From Candidatus Scalindua sp. SCAELEC01 (GTDB lineage Bacteria; Planctomycetota; Brocadiia; Brocadiales; Scalinduaceae), in NCBI GenBank assembly GCA_004282745.1, contig SHMT01000009.1, forward strand, positions 39,039 through 63,038: a stretch of 24,000 nt of DNA, in the 5' to 3' direction. The stretch's first letter is position 1. Every line of letters starts with the position of its first letter. A program made the position numbers and the translations under genes. Below are positions 1 to 7,562 of this stretch, one piece after another. The notes beneath the pieces are model-generated. The model saw nothing but the letters and a program-made list of their open reading frames with translations. It was not told the origin of the DNA and did no database searches.

Positions 1-1400
1 TTGTCAATGCGATCTGGAAGCTGTTTGAGCACATCTCCCTTTTTTCTTCTTATCAATACGTTTTTAAGTGTGCCTCTAATTGATTGAAGACCTTTGTATC
101 CAATAACCTTTCCATCATTGTCCAGGATCCGGTGCATCTGGACAAACCGGTACAAGGGCCCTAGATGGTGCCGGTCGATAAATTCCATTATAGAATGCAG
201 CTCCTCTATCCTGTTTTCGATAGGAGTACCCGTAAGCACAATGGCAAAGGGAGAATCCAACTGCTTTACACATTTCGCAGTACGGGTCCTCCAATTCTTT
301 ATCCTCTGTGCCTCGTCAAGGATGATCAAGTCCGGAGACCAACTCCTTATATATTCACTATCCCGGTAAACAAGCTCATAGTTAACCAGTTTGTAGAAAG
401 ATTCTTCTCGGTATAACTGCTGTCTATTATCATTGAGACCTTCAATGACACAGGAAGACCTCCCACAAAATTTTTCGATCTCTGCCTTCCACTGATGCTT
501 TAATGATGTGGGAGAGACGATTAATACCTTCTTGATACGAAACAGCTTTACCATTAACTCTGCCGCAGTAAGGGCCTGAATGGTCTTCCCCAGTCCCATG
601 TCATCACCGATAAGAGATCTTCCCGCTTTAACTGCGAAAAGTGCTCCCTCTTTCTGGTAGGGGTATAACTTAGTTTTCAGGATGTTGTTAAAGAGAGGGC
701 TCTTGACCCCTCCCTTAAGCTGGCTCTTTACAATTTTTGCACGATGCACAGCATCTTGATGTTCGGCAATAAAGGACATAACATCATCATAGCAACGAAC
801 TTCATGTCCATTAGCTTGGGAGGTGTTGTTCAGGAACTGATGAAATTGGAGGATATGGGTATCCTTCAGTGTGTTATTCGCATCGAAAAACTTTTCCACC
901 AATGTCGACAGCCTCATTGGTAGCTCTTTTCCTGCACGAAATTTCACCTCTCGCTTGAGACCGTAATGCAGGTATACCTCGGAAAAGGGGACTCCATTCT
1001 TAGTCCCAAATGCCTTTTTTGCACCCCTCTTCTTCTTGAGCGTAAAAAGTGCAAACTCGATGTGCTTGCAGGTACCGAGGTTGTTTATACGAAAATCGGG
1101 ACATGAACAGAAATTATCTCCTGGAGTATCTCCACGGATAGCGAGCTTGTACGTTTTTTCCGTTTCGGGATTGGTAAGAGAAAATTCTGAGAAAAAGGGA
1201 TGGTCACCGCTATTGTTCAATCTAAAATTCTGCTGCTCTGCAAACTGCTTCCTCAGAATCCGTTGCCACTCTTCCAGACCAAGCTCCTCAGGTTTATGCG
1301 TCTTTGATACCCTCAATCTCGTACTCTTCTTTTTCTGCTTATTTGGAGTGCTGGTGTCTCGTCTCTTACGCTCCAGTTTTTTCTCCGTAGTACGTTTCAT
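1..1400 (-). CDS. SNF2-family helicase with N-terminal SWIM zinc finger, 5' portion (gene continues beyond the left edge)
   Basis: Absent from the ORF track because it is edge-truncated. Hand translation of the minus strand from ATG 1400..1398 stays open for 466 codons down to position 3 (MKRTTEKKLERKRRDTSTPNKQKKK...). It has a SWIM-type CxC...CxH motif (CSCPDFRINNLGTCKHIEF). SNF2 N-lobe motifs follow: LYPYQKEGALF, DDMGLGKTIQA (motif I), LIILDEAQRIKN (motif II), VLTGTPIENRIEEL (motif III). Confidence 0.85.
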   Translation of the reverse strand, partial: MKRTTEKKLERKRRDTSTPNKQKKKSTRLRVSKTHKPEELGLEEWQRILRKQFAEQQNFRLNNSGDHPFFSEFSLTNPETEKTYKLAIRGDTPGDNFCSCPDFRINNLGTCKHIEFALFTLKKKRGAKKAFGTKNGVPFSEVYLHYGLKREVKFRAGKELPMRLSTLVEKFFDANNTLKDTHILQFHQFLNNTSQANGHEVRCYDDVMSFIAEHQDAVHRAKIVKSQLKGGVKSPLFNNILKTKLYPYQKEGALFAVKAGRSLIGDDMGLGKTIQALTAAELMVKLFRIKKVLIVSPTSLKHQWKAEIEKFCGRSSCVIEGLNDNRQQLYREESFYKLVNYELVYRDSEYIRSWSPDLIILDEAQRIKNWRTRTAKCVKQLDSPFAIVLTGTPIENRIEELHSIMEFIDRHHLGPLYRFVQMHRILDNDGKVIGYKGLQSIRGTLKNVLIRRKKGDVLKQLPDRID

Positions 1401-1441
1401 TATGAAACAATTCCCCCTTCAAAACCGTAAATTGCTCGTTC

Positions 1442-1461
1442 TCACACAAAGTTTTGTGTGA
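1442..1461. other. Near-perfect 20-nt palindrome/hairpin between the dnaJ stop and the helicase start; possible attenuator or protein-binding site
   Basis: TCACACAAA (1442-1450), GT, TTTGTGTGA (1453-1461). On the + strand it is followed by TTATTTTTT, which lies inside the dnaJ 3' end. On the minus strand, the direction of the genes, no U-run follows. The sequence feature is certain; its function is unknown. Confidence 0.4.
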
Positions 1462-2550
1462 TTATTTTTTCCCGCTATCACTCTCTTCAAGTCTGACAAA
1501 GTCTTGCAAGAGTTTCTCTTGCTCCTCTGATAATTTCCTGGGAACGGTTACCACTACTCTGACAAGCTGGTCCCCACTTCTTCCCTCTTTCGTCTTGATC
1601 CCCTGCCCCGCCATCCTCAAAACCTGATGAGATTGTGTACACTTCGGTATCTTTAATACGGCCTTTCCACGTAAAGCGGGAACCTCAACCTCTCCGCCTA
1701 ATGCTGCCTTCGCAAAAGATACGGTTACATCATTTTTGATATCCAGTCCTTCTCTCTCAAAAAAAGGATGCGGCATGACGTTTACGCTGATGTAGAGGTC
1801 GCCAGCAGTACCCCCACGGATACCTGTCTCTCCCTGGGCAGCAAGCCGTAAAAGAGAACCCCCTTTCGTCCCGGCAGGGATCTTGACCGACAAGACTTTT
1901 GTCTTCATCAAACGTCCCTCTCCTCTGCAATTGAGACATGGATTTTCAACACTCTTCCCCGCACCATCACAACTGGGACATACGGTACTGAGGGTAAAAA
2001 AACCTCCATGCGATTTCTGCTGTGTACTTACATGACCGGTACCATTGCATTGAGTACATACCTTTATGTCTCCATTCTCGGCCCCACTACCTTTACATAT
2101 CTCACAAATATCCTGTTTCTGAAATTGGATCTGTTTCTCACATCCTAATGCGGCATCAAGAAATGAAACTTCCATGGTATATTTGAGGTCCAGCCCCCTT
2201 TGTGGACCGACTCTTTCTCGGTGGAACCTTTTTCCAAAAATATCCCCAAAAATATCTCCAAAGTTGCTATAAATGTCATCGCTATTTGCAAAACCCTGAA
2301 AACCTATATCATCTAGTCCAGCCTGACCCCGGGAATCGTAGACCTTCCTTTTTTCAGGATCGTGCAAGACCTCGTACGCATTTGCCGCCTCCTTGAACTT
2401 CTTCTCTGCGACTTTGTCACCTTTGTTTTTATCGGGGTGATATTTTAGTGCCAGCCTCCTATACGCCTTTTTTATTTCATCGCTTTTTGCATTTTTGCTG
2501 ACACCTAATACCTCGTAATAATCACGCTCATTTGTGCCTTGAGGACCCAT
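1462..2550 (-). CDS. dnaJ: Molecular chaperone DnaJ (type I, with zinc-finger domain)
   Basis: J-domain with HPD ([33 protein letters not shown]). Short G/F-like stretch ([10 protein letters not shown]). Four CxxCxGxG repeats ([32 protein letters not shown]). The ATG shares one base with the hsp20 stop (TGATG at 2552..2548). Confidence 0.93.
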   Translation of the reverse strand: MGPQGTNERDYYEVLGVSKNAKSDEIKKAYRRLALKYHPDKNKGDKVAEKKFKEAANAYEVLHDPEKRKVYDSRGQAGLDDIGFQGFANSDDIYSNFGDIFGDIFGKRFHRERVGPQRGLDLKYTMEVSFLDAALGCEKQIQFQKQDICEICKGSGAENGDIKVCTQCNGTGHVSTQQKSHGGFFTLSTVCPSCDGAGKSVENPCLNCRGEGRLMKTKVLSVKIPAGTKGGSLLRLAAQGETGIRGGTAGDLYISVNVMPHPFFEREGLDIKNDVTVSFAKAALGGEVEVPALRGKAVLKIPKCTQSHQVLRMAGQGIKTKEGRSGDQLVRVVVTVPRKLSEEQEKLLQDFVRLEESDSGKK

Positions 2551-2957
2551 CAGTATACCTTCTTTATTAATTGTACCGTGAGAATTCCTTCAGAATACTC
2601 CGCTTTTATATTTTCAGAAACACACTTTGACTGCAGTGGTATTTTCCGCTCAAAATATCCATATGGCAACTCTTCAATATGGCACAAACCATCAATTGAA
2701 TCATTTGGATTAAGCCTCTCACCCCTGATATACAACACATCTTCCTGCTCGAGAGAGATATCAATATCCTCTTGCAGAGTACCCGGTAGGGCAGCGTTGA
2801 TTATAATCTCTTTTTGTAACTCATAGATATTTATCTGAGGCGTAAAGGCAATCTCTTTTGTTGTGATAAATCGAGAGAAATATTCATTGAACAGCTCATT
2901 AACGCTTTGTTGCAAAGTCGCAAATTCTTGCCATGGATCCCATTTTTCAAGAGTCAT
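2550..2957 (-). CDS. Hsp20/alpha-crystallin family small heat-shock protein
   Basis: 135 aa with the typical sHSP layout: N-terminal WDPWQEF...L, an alpha-crystallin-like core ([44 protein letters not shown]...) and a GILTVQL C-terminal strand. AGGAG lies 9 nt upstream of the ATG. Confidence 0.85.
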   Translation of the reverse strand: MTLEKWDPWQEFATLQQSVNELFNEYFSRFITTKEIAFTPQINIYELQKEIIINAALPGTLQEDIDISLEQEDVLYIRGERLNPNDSIDGLCHIEELPYGYFERKIPLQSKCVSENIKAEYSEGILTVQLIKKVY

Positions 2958-2998
2958 TCGTCTTTCTCCTTTTTACAATTTCTTCGTTAGAGTACGCC

Positions 2999-3015
2999 GC
3001 CAATACTTGTGCCAA
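2999..3015 (-). promoter_or_regulatory. Sigma-54-like -24/-12 near-match upstream of hsp20 (weak candidate)
   Basis: The minus strand reads TTGGCACAAGTATTGGC. The consensus is YTGGCACGrNNNTTGCW. The -24 GG and TTG spacing are correct, but the conserved C of the -12 GC is G. The site is ~45 nt upstream of the hsp20 ATG. Confidence 0.2.
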
Positions 3016-3110
3016 TAACATCTGTAATCCAATCCATACCATCTGCACTTCTGTCTGCAACAAAACTCTGATGTTACTCATCGGATGCGGCGTAAAGGAT
3101 ACAAAAAATC

Positions 3111-3135
3111 AGGGTCCAGAAAAAACAGTATTGTC
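3111..3135 (+). repeat. Solo end resembling the MITE terminal repeat
   Basis: AGGGTCCAGAAAAAACAGTATTGTC compared with the copy-A end AGGGTCCAGAAAAAAAAATAACTTGTC. I found no partner end nearby. Confidence 0.5.
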
Positions 3136-3392
3136 TCCAGCGTCCTACCCCGTCCGCTCGTCTGAATGGTACTGCCTGGCAGGTCAGGCACGGACGAGAG
3201 ACAACGTCATTTAGACTGGAAAACTGGCCATGAATTGTAATGTTATTCTTGCCTGAATACTAAATAAAATAAACGTAACCTATAATTAAGTCAAGGGCTA
3301 TTTCACCAAACAACTTCCTATGCCTCTCTATTCACAACGAGAAAGAAAAGAGCTGAAGCTCTCTTCTGGGCAGAAGACTCAGGAAAGCCACT

Positions 3393-3443
3393 TTCACTGT
3401 TTAGGACTAAAAAAAGAATATTTACTGAATCCTAAACAGTGAA
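3393..3443. repeat. Perfect 14-bp inverted repeat with a 23-nt spacer (hairpin), function unknown
   Basis: TTCACTGTTTAGGA (3393-3406) and TCCTAAACAGTGAA (3430-3443) are exact reverse complements. The loop (CTAAAAAAAGAATATTTACTGAA) faintly resembles the MITE end. Confidence 0.6.
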
Positions 3444-3572
3444 AATAGATATTGATAATACGGTCAAGAAGGGTATCATGAATGAAAATAAATGCTCTCG
3501 CCGAATGGTAGACGTTACCTTGGATGCAATAACGGATCATACGAGAAGTCAGTTTTGTTCCGAGTCTGCTAA

Positions 3573-3785
3573 GGGTCCAGAAAAAAAAATAACTTGTCGT
3601 TCTTGCCTGTCCGAATTGCTGGTAGGCCGGGCGGGCATCTCATTTTCAGGCCACCTTCGGCCTCTCTTCACTCGCAGTATCCTCGCTGTAACTCAGGCTA
3701 CGGCTGCGGTCCTGCTCGATCAGATCAACCAAATCTGATCTAAAACTGAGCGCAATAAAATAACAAGTTATTTTTTCCTGGACCC
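3573..3785 (-). mobile_element. MITE-like non-autonomous element, copy A (213 bp, inverted relative to the copies at 16.3 kb)
   Basis: Ends are GGGTCCAGAAAAAAAAATAACTTGT and ACAAGTTATTTTTTCCTGGACCC, which are terminal inverted repeats. TAA flanks both sides (3570-3572 and 3786-3788). The reverse complement aligns end to end with 16363..16543 at roughly 85% identity by eye, apart from a ~32-nt extra segment. No credible coding capacity. Confidence 0.8.
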
Positions 3786-3831
3786 TAAGCGCAATGTTTT
3801 GGGGTCAAAAAACCGGAAGGAAAAAGAGACA

Positions 3832-6800
3832 ATGGATAGCAAGGAAAGATTAGAGTGGTATCCCTATGCCCACAAAATGCCTATACGCAACCTCCACAAA
3901 TCTGCCCTACAGGGAAAGAGGGTCTTTCTCAGAGTCAACTATGATATTGTGAGAGACGGAAAGATTATTGACGACAGGCGTATCAGAGCAACAGTCATGG
4001 ACATCCGTCATATCCTGAAGAGTGGTGCAGATACCGTTATTATCGTTTCCCACAACGGAAAACGGGAAAATTTTTTTAAAGAAAAGAAGACGTCGGTTGG
4101 TGTAGTATCCGATGGAGAGTGCCATTCCGCTTTCAGTCTCAGGCCGGTCGCAAAAAGACTTACAGAGGTCTTGAGAGTGAAACGTCTTTTGACCGAAGAC
4201 GATGAAGTCCCCATGACAGACGAATGCATTGGAGAAAAGGCAAAATCACTGATAGCTCAAAAGGGGATCTTTCTGTTAGAAAATGTGATGTTCTGGAGCG
4301 GTGAGACATCGGAAGATGACAATGAGGTTATGGAGTTTGCAAGACAACTCCACGATACTACCCATTGTGATTTCTATGTCAACGCCGATCCGGTCTCTGC
4401 TCACATGGGTCAGCATGCATCACTCGGGCAAATAACCAGACTCATCCCAGGCCCAAAGGTGGCAGGCTTTCTCCTCACTCAGGAGCTCACGGTACTCGAA
4501 AATTTTATGAGACACCCTCATAAACCGGTAACGGCCATTATTGGTGGCGCCAACGTATCAGCCAAGGTCGAGGCAATGAGAAACCTCATAGTCCACGGAA
4601 AGATTGACAGACTCATCATCATAGGAGGCATAGCATTTCCCTTCCTTAAGGCACAGGGTTATGATGTAGACAACTGTATGCTCGAAAAAGATTCAGATCT
4701 ACAAACTCAGGCGCTTCGCAATGCAATTGTAGTGCTTGAATTGGCGAGGGGATACGGAGTGGATATAACGCTTCCCGTTGACCACATGATGGCAAAGCTT
4801 ACGGGTCTTGATCCAATAAACGTTAAGGTAAACGAAATAAAGGGACGTTTCTTAAAGATGAGGGCCTATGACATTGGCAACGAGACGATCGCCCTTATCA
4901 AGAAAAAGATGCGGGGTTCCAAAACCATCGTTTTCAACGGAATTGCCGGCAAATATGAAGATGAACTGTTTTGTAACGGTACGAACCGGATCCTTGACCT
5001 TGTTTTTTCCTATGAAGTGGAATCCAAGATCATCCTTGGACTTCACTGTGTTAAAGCGGCACAGAAAAGGCTTGGCACAAAAATCCCTCCTGGAAAGACA
5101 TACCTTTCTACCATGGGAGAAACAGGTTTAAAGCTCCTTGCCGGTGAGGACCTGACCGCATTGGACCATCTCGACGATCTTCCGACAAAAGCCCTCCATC
5201 AAGCAAAGGAACCTTTACGGGAGAGGATCAACCTGAATGCCGCAAACGTTGAGGAGTTAGAGGGATTCCTCAACATTAAAGGCAATATTGCAGCAAATAT
5301 CGTTCGCTATAAAGAGGAGATAGGTGAGTTTGATAGGGTGAGTCAGCTATTTTCAGTACCTAATCTCACCCTTAATGACTATGCAAAAATACGGGAACAT
5401 ACCGTTGCCATGCCTAGCCCCCTTGAAGTGGCAGAGAGACAATTTGCCGTCGTTGCAGATATGCTTAAGCTTCCGAGTTTTCTCAAACGAAAGTTGCTCA
5501 CACCCGAAAGGATAGAGACAGTACGCCTCTTAGGTGGTGAAACAAATGCATATCGCGTCCACCATAACACCTCACGAGGCCCAGCAAAGGGAGGTTTCAG
5601 AGAACACCCGGAGGTAACGCTTGATGAGGCAAGGGCCCTTGCCATCTGGATGACGTGGAAGTGTGCTATCGCGGGTATCCCTTATGGAGGTTCAAAAGGG
5701 GGCATTATCATCAATCCAAGGGATATTCTGGAGAAAAAAGATGCATTAATAATCAGAGAGTATAGCCGTGAATTGAAGAACCGGGGTGCCTGCGGACCAC
5801 ACCTGGATATCCCTGCCCCTGATGTCAACACCAATGCCACCAAGATGGCGTGGTTTGTTGATGAATACATCAAGACATCGCTCGAAAATAAAGACTTTTC
5901 TGATTGGCAAGCAGACGAAACTATCTCTTTAGAGAAAATCGTCCATGAATTCAGCTCAATAAGCTCTCTGCCCACAACCCCTATCGATACGCCCTACCTT
6001 GATACCTGTTTAGAAATAATAAAAAAACATCCGGGAATACGGTGCAAGGCGATAGCGGTTGTTACCGGCAAACCGGACACAAAAGGCGGCTCTCTCGGCA
6101 GGGCAGAATCAACAGGACGTGGAGTATTTATCGCCTTAAAGAAGGCGGCAAAGCATAAGAACATAGAGCTGCAAGGCGCTACTGCTGCAATACAGGGCTT
6201 TGGTAACGTGGGACGTCCACCCGCAAGATTTTTACATGAAGCAGGGGCAAAAGTGATTGCCATTACGGATGCCAGTGGCGGGATCTACAACCCGAACGGC
6301 CTGGACATAGAAGCCGTATTTACCTATGTCGACTCAGAAGGATCTGGATTCCTGAAGGGATTTCCGGGAGGGAGAGACCTATCAAACGAGGGTATTTTCG
6401 GATTGGACGTCGACTTCCTCATCCTCGCCGCACTGGAAAACGCCATCGATCGGAATGCGTACAATGTTAAAGCCCGGATCATTGTGGAGGGAGCCAATGG
6501 ACCGGTTACGCCACAAGGAGATAAAATTGTAACCAGAAAAGGGACCTTTGTTACCCCAGACATAAGCACCAACCTGGGAGGTGTCTTTGTCTCTTACCTC
6601 GAATGGGTCCAAAATCTCAAGAATGAGCGTTGGGACTTAAACAAGATTAACGATCTGCTTGAGGATAACGTTTGCATGATCTTTGATGACATCATCAAGA
6701 TCGCTCAAGACCTCAAGATTGAGATGAGGACTGCAGCGTCAATTATGGCAATAGGTCGTGTGGCCGTCGCCGAACTTTCTAAGGAAATTGCCCGTTTAGT

Positions 6801-7104
6801 TATCTATGGAAGCAACGTAACCGAAGAGATACTCACTACCGTTCAAAACCATTTAGAATATTTAAGCAATGATTTGATGATGAAAATCCCGCTCGATTAC
6901 TGGACACTCGTATCCCTCCTATCGAACCTTGAAAAAGTGTTAGCCTCAAACAAGATTGCCGATGCAGACGTTGGAAGAATAGCAGAGGACATCTATGCCA
7001 AAGCCACCTGCCTCTTTGCCTCATTCGTTAAGGCAAAACCCGGAAATGACGACCTCTTGATGGCACTGGCCGCATTGCCGGAACGTGCGAGGAAGATGCT
7101 ATAA
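3832..7104 (+). CDS. Multidomain fusion: PGK-like domain (~3880-5180), ComEA-type helix-hairpin-helix (~5227-5400), Glu/Leu/Phe/Val dehydrogenase (~5415-6775), uncharacterised C-terminal tail
   Basis: One uninterrupted frame. The ORF track starts at TTG 3799; I prefer ATG 3832, preceded by GGAAGGAAAAAGAG. PGK-like motifs: LQGKRVFLRVNYDIV, DDRRIRA, VSHNGKR, LLENVMF, YVNADPVSAHMGQHAS, IIGGANVSAK, FNGIAGKYE, LSTMGETG. HhH segment: INLNAANVEELEGFLNIKGNIAANIVRYKEEIGEFDRVSQLFSVPNL. GDH motifs: GPAKGGFREHP, IPYGGSKGG, DIPAPDVNTN, MAWFVDEY, TGKPDTKGGSLGR, IQGFGNVG, EGANGPVTP, GGVFVSYLEWVQN. Confidence 0.85.
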   Translation: MDSKERLEWYPYAHKMPIRNLHKSALQGKRVFLRVNYDIVRDGKIIDDRRIRATVMDIRHILKSGADTVIIVSHNGKRENFFKEKKTSVGVVSDGECHSAFSLRPVAKRLTEVLRVKRLLTEDDEVPMTDECIGEKAKSLIAQKGIFLLENVMFWSGETSEDDNEVMEFARQLHDTTHCDFYVNADPVSAHMGQHASLGQITRLIPGPKVAGFLLTQELTVLENFMRHPHKPVTAIIGGANVSAKVEAMRNLIVHGKIDRLIIIGGIAFPFLKAQGYDVDNCMLEKDSDLQTQALRNAIVVLELARGYGVDITLPVDHMMAKLTGLDPINVKVNEIKGRFLKMRAYDIGNETIALIKKKMRGSKTIVFNGIAGKYEDELFCNGTNRILDLVFSYEVESKIILGLHCVKAAQKRLGTKIPPGKTYLSTMGETGLKLLAGEDLTALDHLDDLPTKALHQAKEPLRERINLNAANVEELEGFLNIKGNIAANIVRYKEEIGEFDRVSQLFSVPNLTLNDYAKIREHTVAMPSPLEVAERQFAVVADMLKLPSFLKRKLLTPERIETVRLLGGETNAYRVHHNTSRGPAKGGFREHPEVTLDEARALAIWMTWKCAIAGIPYGGSKGGIIINPRDILEKKDALIIREYSRELKNRGACGPHLDIPAPDVNTNATKMAWFVDEYIKTSLENKDFSDWQADETISLEKIVHEFSSISSLPTTPIDTPYLDTCLEIIKKHPGIRCKAIAVVTGKPDTKGGSLGRAESTGRGVFIALKKAAKHKNIELQGATAAIQGFGNVGRPPARFLHEAGAKVIAITDASGGIYNPNGLDIEAVFTYVDSEGSGFLKGFPGGRDLSNEGIFGLDVDFLILAALENAIDRNAYNVKARIIVEGANGPVTPQGDKIVTRKGTFVTPDISTNLGGVFVSYLEWVQNLKNERWDLNKINDLLEDNVCMIFDDIIKIAQDLKIEMRTAASIMAIGRVAVAELSKEIARLVIYGSNVTEEILTTVQNHLEYLSNDLMMKIPLDYWTLVSLLSNLEKVLASNKIADADVGRIAEDIYAKATCLFASFVKAKPGNDDLLMALAALPERARKML

Positions 7105-7158
7105 AGGGTTTATTAAAAAAAGTTGCAAACAGTGCTCACATATCAAAAATTGTATTAT

Positions 7159-7187
7159 ATGTAGTACATTTCCCACGCGTACTACAT
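7159..7187. promoter_or_regulatory. 9-bp perfect inverted repeat upstream of the RHH antitoxin gene; candidate autoregulatory operator
   Basis: ATGTAGTAC (7159-7167), 11 nt, GTACTACAT (7179-7187). It lies 32 nt upstream of the ATG at 7219, and TGTATTATA (-10-like) overlaps its left arm. RHH antitoxins typically bind palindromes in their own promoters. Confidence 0.4.
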
Positions 7188-7218
7188 TTGTGTTCGATTG
7201 TTTGGGGGGTAATCAATA

Positions 7219-7431
7219 ATGACTTCACTACGCCTTGATAAAGAAACTGAAAATAGACTGGCACATCTGGCAAAAGCGACAGGGAGAACCAAAACGTTCT
7301 ATATCCGCAAGCTCATCGAGGAGCATATTGACGACCTAGAGGACAGATACATTGCCGAAGAGCGGCTAGAAAACCCCGCTAAGCGCGTTACAAGTAAGGA
7401 AATGAGACAAAAACTTGGCCTGGAACATTGA
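7219..7431 (+). CDS. Ribbon-helix-helix antitoxin (RelB/ParD/CopG-like)
   Basis: 70 aa. The N-terminal beta-strand plus two helices are typical of RHH antitoxins (MTSLRLDKETENRLAHLAKATGRTKTFYIRKLIEEHIDDLED). An acidic, flexible C-terminal part follows. Confidence 0.75.
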   Translation: MTSLRLDKETENRLAHLAKATGRTKTFYIRKLIEEHIDDLEDRYIAEERLENPAKRVTSKEMRQKLGLEH

Positions 7432-7468
7432 ATATGACAGCAGAGTTTTATTTGAATCCTATCGCTGA
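7415..7468 (+). pseudogene. Truncated RelE/ParE-type toxin remnant (17 codons)
   Basis: A frame overlapping the antitoxin 3' end reads (TTG)AWNIEYDSRVLFESYR-stop. The M-A-W-x-I-E-Y opening resembles the N-termini of RelE/ParE-family toxins, which normally overlap their antitoxin stop. The frame ends after 17 codons and no toxin-length ORF follows before pqiB. Confidence 0.4.
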
Positions 7469-7562
7469 ATCACCAGACCCATCTTCATTTTCCACATCGT
7501 CAGAAATATAGCCAGCCATCAAAGCTTAGGCGAAGCTCAATACTGTTAAATATACCCATCGC

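Noticed and set aside
1036-1461. 141-aa plus-strand ORF, plus the small ORFs at 94-416
   Set aside because: They are antisense to the edge-truncated SNF2/SWIM helicase, which shows helicase motifs I-III in an open minus-strand frame across 1-1400.
2958-3110. Heat-shock control elements (CIRCE, sigma-32-type promoter) upstream of hsp20-dnaJ
   Set aside because: I found no TTAGCACTC-N9-GAGTGCTAA-like inverted repeat and no CTTGAAA/CCCCAT pair. Only the imperfect sigma-54-like site is reported, at low confidence.
3160-3195. SRP (4.5S) RNA-like CAGGTCAGG motif within the TGCCTG-GCAGGT-CAGGCA hairpin
   Set aside because: Only a 9-nt coincidence. The flanking sequence lacks the conserved GGAA tetraloop/AGCA symmetric-loop pattern and the long closing helix.
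2933-3214. 93-aa Cys-rich ORF overlapping the hsp20 start
   Set aside because: It overlaps the hsp20 5' end and promoter region and has no RBS or recognisable family. It is probably spurious, though a small Cys-rich peptide cannot be formally excluded.
3439-3738. 99-aa ORF upstream of the fusion gene
   Set aside because: It starts at a GTG inside a perfect hairpin, and its second half reads straight through MITE copy A. The other element copies do not preserve this frame.
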